A stretch of DNA of 64,000 bases, taken from Microbacteriaceae bacterium (lineage in GTDB: Bacteria > Actinomycetota > Actinomycetes > Actinomycetales > Microbacteriaceae). The first letter of the stretch is position 1. Every line of letters starts with the position of its first letter. The stretch is taken from contig CBFHZN010000003.1 in assembly GCA_965660355.1 (NCBI GenBank), positions 40,211 to 104,210 on the forward strand, written 5' to 3'. The notes below the pieces were generated by a model. The model saw only the letters and a list, made by a program, of their open reading frames with translations, ran no database searches and was not told the DNA's origin. This document shows positions 52,543 through 62,790 of the stretch, piece by piece. Made by a program: the position numbers and the translations under genes.

Positions 52543-54996
52543 CTAGAGCAAGCCTTTGTTAGTATATTCATTAATATATTTATCCACATTATCATCTAAC
52601 TTTTTTGTTTTATAATCAGGTTCAACTAAATATGGACCTGATTCAAATGTTGAGTTGGGAGGTCTAAATCCCTCAACGATAATTGAAGTTGGGTCATCCA
52701 CGTATCTGGTAATTGAGAATTTGTTTAAATCTATTCCTGATCCTGAGATTGGGGAGTCTAATCTAATTGATAGAAATGACCAAGAACCAAATTGGAGAAA
52801 TTCTGCTTTTTCAATCATGAAAGTTTTATCTCCTTCAAATCTAATTTCATCCCCAATTTTGAATTCTATAGGTAGGTTTATATTATTATACCCAGATGTT
52901 GGGATGTCTTTTTGTTTTACGTTAGGGTTATTATAAAATGTTGATAAAAATAAATCACCTTGGGGGTTTGGGGTAAAACCACCTAAAATATTTATGTTAG
53001 CTATAGATATAGTGTCTGGGAGGAAGGTATATTGGAATAGGTTTTCAGATAGAGTAGAACCCGAAACAGTAAGTGCTGGGGTGGGAGAGGGTGATTGGGT
53101 AATGGTAAAAGTGGAATTGGCATTAAGAGGAAATACATTTGAATGACCCCTAGTATATTGAATTCTAATTTTATCCCCCACTTGAAGTTGATTGGTTGGT
53201 ATAGTATGTCTTAATTGTAAGGGTAAGGGGGCCCCCCCAATAAATCCACTCCCATAGGTTCCGTATAAAGAGCCTACGGGCCTTAACTTTAATTCAGTTG
53301 TTACCCCAGCTCTAATTCTAACCAATCTAGCATAAAAAGATGAAATAAAATTGTTATTATTTGTTATAGTAGCATTATGATCAAATGTTAATGATTCAAT
53401 ATTGGATGATAATAGGGATGTTTGAATTTCATATTCAACAAGTGCTGAGTTTACTTCAGTAGTTATATCTGTACCTGTTGATATGTTATTAAGTTTATTA
53501 GGATTCATATAATTCCCCCCTATTCCAGTACCTAGTAGGTCTCCATCAATATTAATAGCAGCAGTTAAATTTTCAGTTACTTCTACACCTGAGGTGATAA
53601 ATTCTACGAAATCTAATGATGAGGTAAAAGAAGATATTCCGTCTCTTTCTGGATATTCTATTTGGTTATATAGATAAGGTTCTATTCGTTTACCTGATCT
53701 GATTACTTTTCTAGTAAATTCTCCACTTATTTCTAATTCACGAGAAGGGATAAGTTTTATTTCTTCACCTACTTGGAAATTATTTCTTAAATTTTGAATA
53801 AAATTTTCAGATGCTCCTGGAGAGGTTAGATTACCATCTTCATCTATTAAGTATTTTATTTTTACTGTGGAAGCATCTTGTTTTTCTGGGGGCCATCCAC
53901 TAACCCATTCAGCATAAGCTATTTGGGTTTTTAGTGATTCTATTGAGGGGGTTTTGCCAAAGTTACCTTCATTATAATTAGTATCTGTCCATTTGTTAAT
54001 ATCCTCAGTTGTGTTTTTAGAACCTAAATATCTTGATGAGATATGTCTTAAAGAGGTATAGTTAGAATCTTGAACTTGGGCTTTTAAAGCATTTCCATCT
54101 ATTATCAAATCAAAATTAGTGGGAATAGTTATACCTGTTGAGTAATCTATTAGTTGATATTTATAACTTGTTTGATTTTCAGTTGCATTTCCATACAGGG
54201 GTTGACAATTAAGGGCATTGGCATAATTAGCAGACATATAGGGTTCTGGGATACTTACCATTTCTGGGCCTGTAGCTGCTGAGGAGGAAATAGAAAAATA
54301 AGAATCTGAGGAGAATACTACATTTCCTATGTTGCCTAATGTTCCTATAGCGTTAGCAAATAGAAAATATTTATCTCCTGGGAGAGATTCTGTTATTGAA
54401 GAAGTAAGGAAAAATAGGTTTTGTTCAACTTCTGGGTCTATTATGGTTGAATCTAATTCAATAAATGTAAAACTATTTGCTCTATTTAATCTTAGGCTCA
54501 ACTCCCAATCCCCAACAGTGTTAAATGATGTATTATTAATACTTCCCGAACATTCTATATATAAATCTTTTTGTGGGTATGTTAATAATTGGTAAGCGTT
54601 AGCAGTTCTATTACCAATGGGAATTGGAGATGAAGTATAATAATTTAAATTATCTGTTATAGGGTTTAAAGTGAATATCTCGGAAGTGGAAGGTATAGAT
54701 TGATTTTGAATACTAGATGAAAATTCATATTCTATCTTAGACCTATTATTCTCAATTGTGGTTGGTGATAAAAGATTATTTGGGTTTGTGCTATTTATAT
54801 TAGCATCAATTTCATACAGGAAATGATCTTGAAATTGGGTAAGACTGTTAATTTGAAAGGTTTCATTAGATGTAACACTCCCACTAACCCAAGGAAGAGT
54901 TATTTGGGTTAAGGATTGGAGAGTATTGGTTTGATCAACTCCATTTTGATCTATTTTAGAAACCTTTATGTACCAAACTGGTTGGGATGCACTCAT
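52543..54996 (-). CDS. Large virion structural protein (baseplate/fibre)
   Basis: 817 aa Ser/Thr/Asn-rich ORF in the baseplate module. Confidence 0.55.
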   Translation of the reverse strand: MSASQPVWYIKVSKIDQNGVDQTNTLQSLTQITLPWVSGSVTSNETFQINSLTQFQDHFLYEIDANINSTNPNNLLSPTTIENNRSKIEYEFSSSIQNQSIPSTSEIFTLNPITDNLNYYTSSPIPIGNRTANAYQLLTYPQKDLYIECSGSINNTSFNTVGDWELSLRLNRANSFTFIELDSTIIDPEVEQNLFFLTSSITESLPGDKYFLFANAIGTLGNIGNVVFSSDSYFSISSSAATGPEMVSIPEPYMSANYANALNCQPLYGNATENQTSYKYQLIDYSTGITIPTNFDLIIDGNALKAQVQDSNYTSLRHISSRYLGSKNTTEDINKWTDTNYNEGNFGKTPSIESLKTQIAYAEWVSGWPPEKQDASTVKIKYLIDEDGNLTSPGASENFIQNLRNNFQVGEEIKLIPSRELEISGEFTRKVIRSGKRIEPYLYNQIEYPERDGISSFTSSLDFVEFITSGVEVTENLTAAINIDGDLLGTGIGGNYMNPNKLNNISTGTDITTEVNSALVEYEIQTSLLSSNIESLTFDHNATITNNNNFISSFYARLVRIRAGVTTELKLRPVGSLYGTYGSGFIGGAPLPLQLRHTIPTNQLQVGDKIRIQYTRGHSNVFPLNANSTFTITQSPSPTPALTVSGSTLSENLFQYTFLPDTISIANINILGGFTPNPQGDLFLSTFYNNPNVKQKDIPTSGYNNINLPIEFKIGDEIRFEGDKTFMIEKAEFLQFGSWSFLSIRLDSPISGSGIDLNKFSITRYVDDPTSIIVEGFRPPNSTFESGPYLVEPDYKTKKLDDNVDKYINEYTNKGLL

Positions 54997-54998
54997 TA

Positions 54999-55008
54999 TT
55001 ATAAATAT
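54999..55008 (-). promoter_or_regulatory. Conserved 10-mer TTATAAATAT (plus)
   Basis: Exact copy 2 nt upstream of the ATG at 54996. Confidence 0.4.
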
Positions 55009-55026
55009 TATTGTATGTTAAAAATT

Positions 55027-58000
55027 TTACCCAAGTTCATCGTCCCCATAAACTACATTACCATATTCCCCTACGGAATATCTTCCAGTTTGGAATTCTT
55101 CTGTAATTTGTCTTGGGCCTACCCAAATTGATATGTATCCATTAGTTGGAGAATTATTTTGGGGTAACCAATAATTAATGGGTTCTGAAATCCAATTGTA
55201 GAATCTTACTCCGAAAAAAGCGATAGGGGTTGGGTCCACTTGTTTAAAAGGGTCACAACCTGGGTTAAGGTTTTGTTGGGTTACTATTAGAGTAGAACCA
55301 CTAAACTCTCCATTATAAAATTCATCTTGAGTAGTATGTGGGGTGTTTACTCTCCCCAGTAAAGAAGGGGTTATCTCATCCCAACTTTGAGTTATATCAA
55401 ATATATTCTCAGGACCATTCCCATTAGGACCATATGGGGTAGTGTTTATACCATTAAAAACTTCAAATGATCCCCCTGTACCTCCATTATATTCTCCTAT
55501 TTCAATAGATCCTGTTAGGGTTTGATCTGAGAAAGACATGGTAGGTTGGGGATATCTATTTCTTTCTAGTTTATGCTGTTTTATAACAACCCCAGAAGCT
55601 AAACTTGTACGAGCAGGTATAAAATCTTTAACCATTTTAAATACTGAGTTGTCAAAGTATTTGATTAATCTTATATAATCTGTGAGGTTGTAATTTTTTA
55701 TATATTTACTAAAATATTCATTTCTTAATTTATCCAATTCAGGATAAGAGGTCAAATAAGAATTTCTTAATATAGGGTCCCCTATTAATTCTCCAATATT
55801 AAAATATCCTAATTGAGAATCAATATCATCATTAATTTCATTTTGTGGGGAGAATGCTACTTCTAAATAATTTATATGTGGAGAGTAACTTGTATCTTCA
55901 TCAAATTGTTGGTTGAGTGATCTAAACACTGATAAGGTATCTCCATCTGGGATATTATTATTTTTGAGTTGGATTTTATTAGAAATCCTATTTTTTATAC
56001 CAGAATTTGGTTGGTCTATAAATACCCATTCTCTATTTGTTTTGTAAATTGGATCTACTTCATAAGTAAAATTACTATTTGATGTAAAGGATGAAGTTAA
56101 ATCCCATGAACCTGTTATTTTCGGATGAATAGATATGTTATCTTCATTTAATTCACCCCCTAAACTCGCTCTAAATGCCAATTCATTGGGAGAAGAATTC
56201 AATAAATTCCCCTCACATGATAATGGATTCATTACATAATCCAAAAATGGGGTTGATTCTAAAACACTTGTATAGTATCTTATCTCTTGGAGAGAGCCTG
56301 AGAGTGGGTTATATGTATTTCCTCTTATAGTGATTGGGGAGGTACCCCCAAATGAGGAAGTTAAAGACGAATCCCAGTTTAAGTTGGTAGTTATATGAGA
56401 GGAGGTGATATAAAATCCTATATTGTTATCCTCATTTGAGTTGTATATTTTATTCCCTACGTGAAGGTTATAATTAGTATTCGATCCAATATCTTCTTTG
56501 GTTACCATGATACTCCACCAATCGCCATTGAAAAATGGTAAATATATGCTTGAGGAAGTGGAGAAACTGTCTGCGGTAAATTTTAAATTTGCATATTGGT
56601 GATAGGGGTCAATAATAGAGCCTGAGTATGATCCACTGGTAGTTCCAGATCCAGTATATTCTAAAGTTAATGCTACTTCTTCTCCATTATCTAAAAACCA
56701 TATAGATTGGGAATTTTCTGTTGGTGTTGGAGTTTCTAATTTAAACCTTAATTGTATAGTGTTTGGAGTGTTTGAGGGTGAATTCCATAGAGGATTTAAT
56801 TCCCAATCTGTTACTACTTTATTGTTTCTTTGGGTAGTAAAACTTTTATTGTAGAGATGATACCAATAATCCCAATCATTAATATTGTTTTTGTTTTTAC
56901 CCCCAAACTCACTAATTCTTAAAGTAGTATCTGGTATTCCATAGGATGTTATTAAAGCACGTAAACCATTTAATGTACCTTTTGAATTAAGGAGGTATGG
57001 CAAATTATGATAAATACGTTTATATAGCGATTTATTCACATCATCTAACGGGATAATATCATTTGACGCTGATATAAGAGTGTCTATATATTCAAATCCT
57101 TGGGGAGTTGGGAGAGAACCAGTTATATTATTAAAGGGGAATAAATTTCCATTTTCTGTAATTCCTAAAAATGAAGAATATAAATCGTTTGTTGAAAAAT
57201 TATTTTGATAAATTTTTATACCTAAATCCCTTATGGTATCAGCTACTAAATCTTTTGATATACCAAAATTTAATCGATTATCATTATCGAATTTATTTGT
57301 AATATCTTTTATATAAACCCATATGTTATCATAATGTTGGCCTAACATATTAACAAAAAGTTCATAGGGAAGATTTTCAGGATCTTCCCTTAAATATTCT
57401 GGGATGCTGTAAAGTAAATAATCTTTATTTTGTTCATCATATAGTGAAGCTGATAGAATTATCCCTCCATATAGGGGGCTATTTTCATTTGTACTTCCAA
57501 ACCAACTTAAGGTAGAAGAATCAGTTGTTGTTGCTAAAGTGTAAGGGGGGGTTGAAGTGGTTTTGGGCCAAGCATATGAACTACTACTATAATATAAAAA
57601 GTATTCATATTTATCAAAGTTATTTAAAATATTATCTTGTTTATTTTCAAACTGTTGGATGCTTCCTAATACCTCTATCGAACCTGTGGATGAGCCAGAA
57701 ACACTAGATTGAATTTGAAAGATTGAGGATGAATATTCCTCTAAAAGATAAATTTTATTATAAAAATTTTTTAAACGATTTTGAGCTGAGCTAAAATGGA
57801 TAAAATTATTGAAGTCTGAGTAGTCTACGTTAATTTCAATATTTTTATCTGTTAGAAGAGTTGTGATTTGGGTTGATAATCCATTATTGTTTGAAGATAA
57901 AAGAGATTCATATGAACTTAAAGGAGTGGAATTGTTAACTTGGTCTTTTACATCTAAGTTAAAATTAGGTCCTTGTATTTTTATTTTATCATTAAATTCA

Positions 58001-58671
58001 ATTATCTCATCCTCAAATTCTATTTCATACGCCAGTGGATTTTCTAATAACGTCACAATCCAACCCTCAGATTTTAAATCAAAATCAGGGGGGAGTGCAT
58101 CATATAGTTTGATTAATATGGAGGGGTTAGTTGGGTCTTCATTATCTAATTTAATGTTATTAGCTATAACAAGATTATTATTTCCGAAGTTTAAATAAAA
58201 ATCTATGAAAAAGTTGTTATTTTCTCTTTCAGTTATAAACTTACTAGAATGTTTTATTAAATCCTCTTTTGATATTACATTACTATCTAAACGGAGTTCT
58301 TTACGGTCAGTTGAAATTTCAGTTATGTAAAGGAAATCAGAAGGAGAACCTATTTTTTTATTAAGAAAATTATAATATGTGTAATAAGAACCCTGTGTGA
58401 ATCCTTGGGAGGAAAGATCATTTTCTGGGTTAATTTGGATTTTAGATATATTTCCATTTAGACTAGATTGTAAATCCTCTATTATAGAATATGAATTGTA
58501 ATTGTAATCTATGAAAAGTTGAGATTTGTTTAAGTCTAAAATAAGATATTCTATATAACTATCACTTTCAATTGAGGTATCCACCTCAAATGAAGGAACT
58601 AAATTTATATCTTTTTCATCATAAGAATATGTAGAAAAGTCATTAGGTGATATTTGAAAAATGTTAGCCAT
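55027..58671 (-). CDS. Very large baseplate/fibre protein (occupies a gp7-like position; possible LamG/jelly-roll segment)
   Basis: 1214 aa ORF downstream of the gp6-like gene. ..LRFKLETP..SIWFLDNGEEVALTLEY..GDWWSIMVTKE.. resembles a concanavalin-like lectin fold. Confidence 0.5.
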   Translation of the reverse strand: MANIFQISPNDFSTYSYDEKDINLVPSFEVDTSIESDSYIEYLILDLNKSQLFIDYNYNSYSIIEDLQSSLNGNISKIQINPENDLSSQGFTQGSYYTYYNFLNKKIGSPSDFLYITEISTDRKELRLDSNVISKEDLIKHSSKFITERENNNFFIDFYLNFGNNNLVIANNIKLDNEDPTNPSILIKLYDALPPDFDLKSEGWIVTLLENPLAYEIEFEDEIIEFNDKIKIQGPNFNLDVKDQVNNSTPLSSYESLLSSNNNGLSTQITTLLTDKNIEINVDYSDFNNFIHFSSAQNRLKNFYNKIYLLEEYSSSIFQIQSSVSGSSTGSIEVLGSIQQFENKQDNILNNFDKYEYFLYYSSSSYAWPKTTSTPPYTLATTTDSSTLSWFGSTNENSPLYGGIILSASLYDEQNKDYLLYSIPEYLREDPENLPYELFVNMLGQHYDNIWVYIKDITNKFDNDNRLNFGISKDLVADTIRDLGIKIYQNNFSTNDLYSSFLGITENGNLFPFNNITGSLPTPQGFEYIDTLISASNDIIPLDDVNKSLYKRIYHNLPYLLNSKGTLNGLRALITSYGIPDTTLRISEFGGKNKNNINDWDYWYHLYNKSFTTQRNNKVVTDWELNPLWNSPSNTPNTIQLRFKLETPTPTENSQSIWFLDNGEEVALTLEYTGSGTTSGSYSGSIIDPYHQYANLKFTADSFSTSSSIYLPFFNGDWWSIMVTKEDIGSNTNYNLHVGNKIYNSNEDNNIGFYITSSHITTNLNWDSSLTSSFGGTSPITIRGNTYNPLSGSLQEIRYYTSVLESTPFLDYVMNPLSCEGNLLNSSPNELAFRASLGGELNEDNISIHPKITGSWDLTSSFTSNSNFTYEVDPIYKTNREWVFIDQPNSGIKNRISNKIQLKNNNIPDGDTLSVFRSLNQQFDEDTSYSPHINYLEVAFSPQNEINDDIDSQLGYFNIGELIGDPILRNSYLTSYPELDKLRNEYFSKYIKNYNLTDYIRLIKYFDNSVFKMVKDFIPARTSLASGVVIKQHKLERNRYPQPTMSFSDQTLTGSIEIGEYNGGTGGSFEVFNGINTTPYGPNGNGPENIFDITQSWDEITPSLLGRVNTPHTTQDEFYNGEFSGSTLIVTQQNLNPGCDPFKQVDPTPIAFFGVRFYNWISEPINYWLPQNNSPTNGYISIWVGPRQITEEFQTGRYSVGEYGNVVYGDDELG

Positions 58672-59020
58672 TATTTTGGTTTGTAGTTATATCTATTATT
58701 TGTTGTTGGGCATCTAATAATTCTTGTCTTAATTGTGAAATTTCCCTTTGGAGAGCATCTATTTCTTCTTCATTCCCTTCAAAATTTATATAGTCTGAGC
58801 TTTGGGTTATTAAGAATTCATGTGAATTAATATTTCCCCTTTCAGGGATATCAAAAAACAATTCATTATATAATTCAAAAAATTGATCTACTGTAATTTC
58901 AGAATCGATTTGTTCTTGAATGGTTTTAACCCCAAGTTGATTAAATTTAGTATCTATAGTTTTTACATATAAATCTTTATTATAAACTGTTTTATTTAAT
59001 TTAATTTCGTTAGACATCAA
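58664..59020 (-). CDS. Hypothetical baseplate-module protein with C-terminal coiled coil
   Basis: 118 aa ORF with overlapping starts/stops. Confidence 0.5.
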   Translation of the reverse strand: MMSNEIKLNKTVYNKDLYVKTIDTKFNQLGVKTIQEQIDSEITVDQFFELYNELFFDIPERGNINSHEFLITQSSDYINFEGNEEEIDALQREISQLRQELLDAQQQIIDITTNQNNG

Positions 59021-60126
59021 TTAATTATTTTAAAATAATAGTTATCATCATGAATTTTTATAACTCCATTGTTAATGGTTTTTATTTGGATTTTATAATA
59101 TCTTTCGGGTTCTAAACCATTCATATAAAGATTAAAATAATTACCTTCACTATCAGCACTTATTTGAGTATAATCATCATCAAAGTTAATAACAAATTCA
59201 TTAGTATCCAAGTCCTTTACCGCATAGTAGGAAGAAGTAGGTAAATAATATTGATTTGTAAACAAAGAACTAGTTTGAAATACTCTGGTTGGGTATGTTG
59301 GTGCACAGTTTATTTTAAATCTATTTATCGAATTTGGATAAAACTTATTTGGGTTTTCCTCTAAAGATATCTTGATATTATTATTTCCTATAATGTTAGA
59401 TTCACTTCCAGTTAATATACTCTCATAGTCTCTCCATTTAAATTCTAAAGTGGGAGGGTAGATTGTATTCGTATCTACACTAAAATATTTTAAATTTGGT
59501 TGAACATTAATAGAGGGGTTAAATTCTATATTATCCTCAAACTTTGTTATAAATCCATAATTTGGGAGGGAACCACTATACCACTTTTCAACTATATTCT
59601 TTACATTAACATTTATGTCTTTTTCACTTCTTAAACCAAATGATTGAGTTATTGAATATGTGGAAGTGTTTGATCCTGAGTAGAACCAGCTTCCCCCTCC
59701 TGGGTTTGTTGGGGAGTATGAGCTTGTTATTAATTCACTTCCTATACTTCCACTTTCTAACCATGGGGTAAGAGAAGAAACATCAGTTGTTGACCATGAA
59801 ACTCCATTTATAGTTGTTGGAATATCCCCATATTCACCCAACCCATTATCCCAAGATTGAGCTAAGGGGAGAATTTCAATGTTTGTATCAAAAGATAATC
59901 CTGTAGAGTTTGCTATAAAATTTCTAAAAGAAACATCCCATTGATTATCTTGAATTTTTTCATTTATGACTTCTTGAATCTCAGAATGGAGAAATTGGGT
60001 TAAAAAACGGGATACATTAGTTGGAGTATTCCAAACCTCACATATAGCATCTAATCCTGTATTTGCTGTAGGGTTTCCAGAGTATAAAGTTGCATCTTTA
60101 TATGGGAAAATTTTATATATAGCCAT
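59017..60126 (-). CDS. Baseplate-module structural protein
   Basis: 369 aa ORF directly after the gp6-like gene. Confidence 0.5.
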   Translation of the reverse strand: MAIYKIFPYKDATLYSGNPTANTGLDAICEVWNTPTNVSRFLTQFLHSEIQEVINEKIQDNQWDVSFRNFIANSTGLSFDTNIEILPLAQSWDNGLGEYGDIPTTINGVSWSTTDVSSLTPWLESGSIGSELITSSYSPTNPGGGSWFYSGSNTSTYSITQSFGLRSEKDINVNVKNIVEKWYSGSLPNYGFITKFEDNIEFNPSINVQPNLKYFSVDTNTIYPPTLEFKWRDYESILTGSESNIIGNNNIKISLEENPNKFYPNSINRFKINCAPTYPTRVFQTSSLFTNQYYLPTSSYYAVKDLDTNEFVINFDDDYTQISADSEGNYFNLYMNGLEPERYYKIQIKTINNGVIKIHDDNYYFKIIN

Positions 60127-60139
60127 GGTTTAAATTATA

Positions 60140-61996
60140 TTATAAGGGTACAACTTGACCTTTAATGTCTTGATTAGGGAATTTAATTTCAAAAATACTT
60201 GGATCTAGTGAGGGGTATATTACTTGGTTTTGAGTTGCTGATCTTATATCATATTCATATTGTGAATACCCATTAATTGAACCTGCTTTATTAATTATAT
60301 GTACATCCTTTACAGTTTGTACCCCTTCTATTTTATCTAACATTATGTATAAATCTCTTAACATAATTGGTTGATTTATCTGCCACTTTTCTATGTCAAA
60401 ATATTCTTTCAGTTCTGATATACATTCAAGGAGGACTTCATTGTTGTTGTAATCGGGGAGTATTATTAATTCAAAATTTATTCCTATATTGATAACAAAG
60501 GCATCTCTGATTTCTATATTATCTCCTACAATGCGATATTGGGATAAATAGGTTTTAAGATTTTTCTTTAATGTGGTTGTTGGGGGTACTAAGTAACCAT
60601 TGGAATCTTTACTTAAACAAAATAAGTTAAGGGTTTCTATGGTTGAGACTTGATTATCTTTTAATAGAGGTTTTACTATGTGTGCCTTAAAAATACTCCC
60701 ATAATCTGAAGGGAGGCTTAAAGCTCTTACTAGATAATCGTCCGAGGTTACTGATCTTTGTTGGGATGCAATCATAGATAAGGTATTTTGCCTTATTTCT
60801 TCTATGGTATCACCACCACCACCACCAGATGCTGCTTCTTCATTATTTGAAACTAATGTGGAAAAAACATAATTGGATGTAGTAGGATTTAAATTTGGAG
60901 AATTAAATGTTACTTTTGAGGTATCAATATTTGTAAGAGTATTTGCATCTACATTTGATGATACCCCTCCCCCAGTTAAATATCTCACAGTTAAATTAGT
61001 ATTTGAGGGAGATATTCCATAAGTATCAGTATATAGAAAATTGGTTGGTGAGTATGCGGATGTTAATTTGTCTTGCTTAAATGGTAAACCTAAACCTACA
61101 TTATTAGGGTTGGGGGTTATATCCTCATCATTATCTTGAGTTGTTCCTGCGCCAAATTGTAATTGGATGTTATTATTTTCTAAAACTCTAGTAGCAAATC
61201 TTTTTTGTACTTTTTTAAGTTTTAATATGTAAGGTACTTCCCCTTCAGTTCCCACATTATTAGGATCATATATGTTAGTGTTTTTGATTTTATCATACAC
61301 CATTTCTTGACCTAAAAAGTCTACCTCATACCATTTATCACCTTGGGAGTCTTTAACATCTAATATTTTTAAAAAGTCATCTCCATTAATTTCAACAGTT
61401 TGGAATTTTTCTGGAGCTCCAAAGTTAAAAGTTGAAGTCTGTATTTCAGATGATATTGCTTTTCTTGTTTTTTTCAATAGGTAATATTCTGGACTTCCTC
61501 CAGAGATTTGATATACTGAAATTTCTGTTGGGTCTTGGGAACTTGAAATCGAGAAATCAATTTTATCTTGGATGATAAAGCTTGATCCTCCGGTATTACT
61601 ATTTATAGTTGTGTTTTCTCCTACAGTTAAAGTATAATCAAAATCAGGAACTACACTCCCTGATACTGTTTTGGAGGGGATTTGTTGATAAAAGTCTATA
61701 TAAACTTGGGCTGCTGTTGATATTTTAGGTTTGTACCCAAACATATAAGCTAATTCATATATTGAATTAGTTTGACGAGCATATTGAACAAAATTTTCTT
61801 GAATTTGGTTATCAAGATAAAATCCTAATACATCCCCAACATATGAGGCCTGTTCTATAAACATTACTCCAGGGGAGGAGGGTGTAAAATCATTATAAGT
61901 ATTAGGAAAATATATTTTAGAAAACTCTATTAGTTGTTGTCTAAAATCATTAAAATCTTTATTAAAATATGATATATCTCGTTTTATTTTAGTCAT
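60140..61996 (-). CDS. Baseplate wedge protein, Baseplate_J / T4 gp6-like
   Basis: 618 aa. N-terminal ..FNDFRQQLIEFSKIYFPNTYNDFTPSSPGVMFIEQASYVGDVLGFYLDNQIQENF.. is typical of the J/gp6 family, and it follows a gp25-like gene. Confidence 0.7.
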   Translation of the reverse strand: MTKIKRDISYFNKDFNDFRQQLIEFSKIYFPNTYNDFTPSSPGVMFIEQASYVGDVLGFYLDNQIQENFVQYARQTNSIYELAYMFGYKPKISTAAQVYIDFYQQIPSKTVSGSVVPDFDYTLTVGENTTINSNTGGSSFIIQDKIDFSISSSQDPTEISVYQISGGSPEYYLLKKTRKAISSEIQTSTFNFGAPEKFQTVEINGDDFLKILDVKDSQGDKWYEVDFLGQEMVYDKIKNTNIYDPNNVGTEGEVPYILKLKKVQKRFATRVLENNNIQLQFGAGTTQDNDEDITPNPNNVGLGLPFKQDKLTSAYSPTNFLYTDTYGISPSNTNLTVRYLTGGGVSSNVDANTLTNIDTSKVTFNSPNLNPTTSNYVFSTLVSNNEEAASGGGGGDTIEEIRQNTLSMIASQQRSVTSDDYLVRALSLPSDYGSIFKAHIVKPLLKDNQVSTIETLNLFCLSKDSNGYLVPPTTTLKKNLKTYLSQYRIVGDNIEIRDAFVINIGINFELIILPDYNNNEVLLECISELKEYFDIEKWQINQPIMLRDLYIMLDKIEGVQTVKDVHIINKAGSINGYSQYEYDIRSATQNQVIYPSLDPSIFEIKFPNQDIKGQVVPL

Positions 61997-62403
61997 TATG
62001 TAAATGATAAGGTTATGTCATCTGTTAAATTGGTATTAATTATAGAATAATTAAAATTGATAGTTATGGTATGAGAATCATTTCCTCTTAAAATTTCTAA
62101 GGAATTAATTATTATATTGGGAAATAGGGTAGTTATTTTACTTTGTAAATCTTCCCTTAAAAAATCTAAATTATTATCCGTGATTTGAGTAAATAAAAAA
62201 TCCCTTAAACCCGCACCAAAGGTGGGATTTAAAAATCTTTCTCCTGGATTGGTTAGGAGGAAGTTGATTAAGGAGCTTTTAATAGCATCCTTTGTTTGGA
62301 AGTTGGATTTGAAAACTGCAGGACCATTAAGGGGTAGGTCTATACCTACAGCTGCTGATTTATTTAAATCAATGGGGAATATTTGTTTTTCTCCAAAGGC
62401 CAT
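61996..62403 (-). CDS. Baseplate wedge protein, GPW/gp25-like
   Basis: 135 aa. ..LLTNPGERFLNPTFGAGLRDFLF.. is the gp25/GPW signature. Confidence 0.75.
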   Translation of the reverse strand: MAFGEKQIFPIDLNKSAAVGIDLPLNGPAVFKSNFQTKDAIKSSLINFLLTNPGERFLNPTFGAGLRDFLFTQITDNNLDFLREDLQSKITTLFPNIIINSLEILRGNDSHTITINFNYSIINTNLTDDITLSFT

Positions 62404-62771
62404 TATTTAGATCCATTTAATAAACTATTTATTTGATCCATTCCTACTTCTCCGGTTCCCAAATTTCCATTTATTGGGTCATTTACTCCACTAGGATTAA
62501 ATGGGGTTATATCCTGTGTTGAGAAACTCTTTGCAGTTTCCCCTAAAACAGACATATATTTTTGTCTTAATTCTTCAGAGGTTGGGGGTGGAGAATTCAA
62601 TGGGGTAGAGGTGTTTCCTATACTATCATTAAAATTTAATTTGGGGTCCGAATTTTCCATTAATCCTTTAGATGGGGATTTTATGGCTTCTAATAGTAGA
62701 TCCTTTAATTCTTCCTGAATTGCTTCTTTTACTGCTTTTTTAATAAGGTTTTTAAATGTTTCTGTTTTCAT
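62403..62771 (-). CDS. Hypothetical baseplate-module protein
   Basis: 122 aa ORF. N-terminus MKTETFKNLIKKAVKEAIQEELKDLLLEAIK. Confidence 0.5.
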   Translation of the reverse strand: MKTETFKNLIKKAVKEAIQEELKDLLLEAIKSPSKGLMENSDPKLNFNDSIGNTSTPLNSPPPTSEELRQKYMSVLGETAKSFSTQDITPFNPSGVNDPINGNLGTGEVGMDQINSLLNGSK

Positions 62772-62776
62772 ACGTG

Positions 62777-62786
62777 TTATAAATAT
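62777..62786 (-). promoter_or_regulatory. Conserved 10-mer TTATAAATAT (plus)
   Basis: Exact copy 5 nt upstream of the ATG at 62771. Confidence 0.45.
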
Positions 62787-62790
62787 ATTA

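Noticed and set aside
1031-62785. Reading the repeated TATAAATA as T4-type late promoters
   Set aside because: TATAAATA is on the plus strand, while every adjacent gene is on the minus strand. On the coding strand the element reads TATTTATA(A). It is therefore not a T4 consensus late promoter in the functional orientation, and I report it as a distinct motif.
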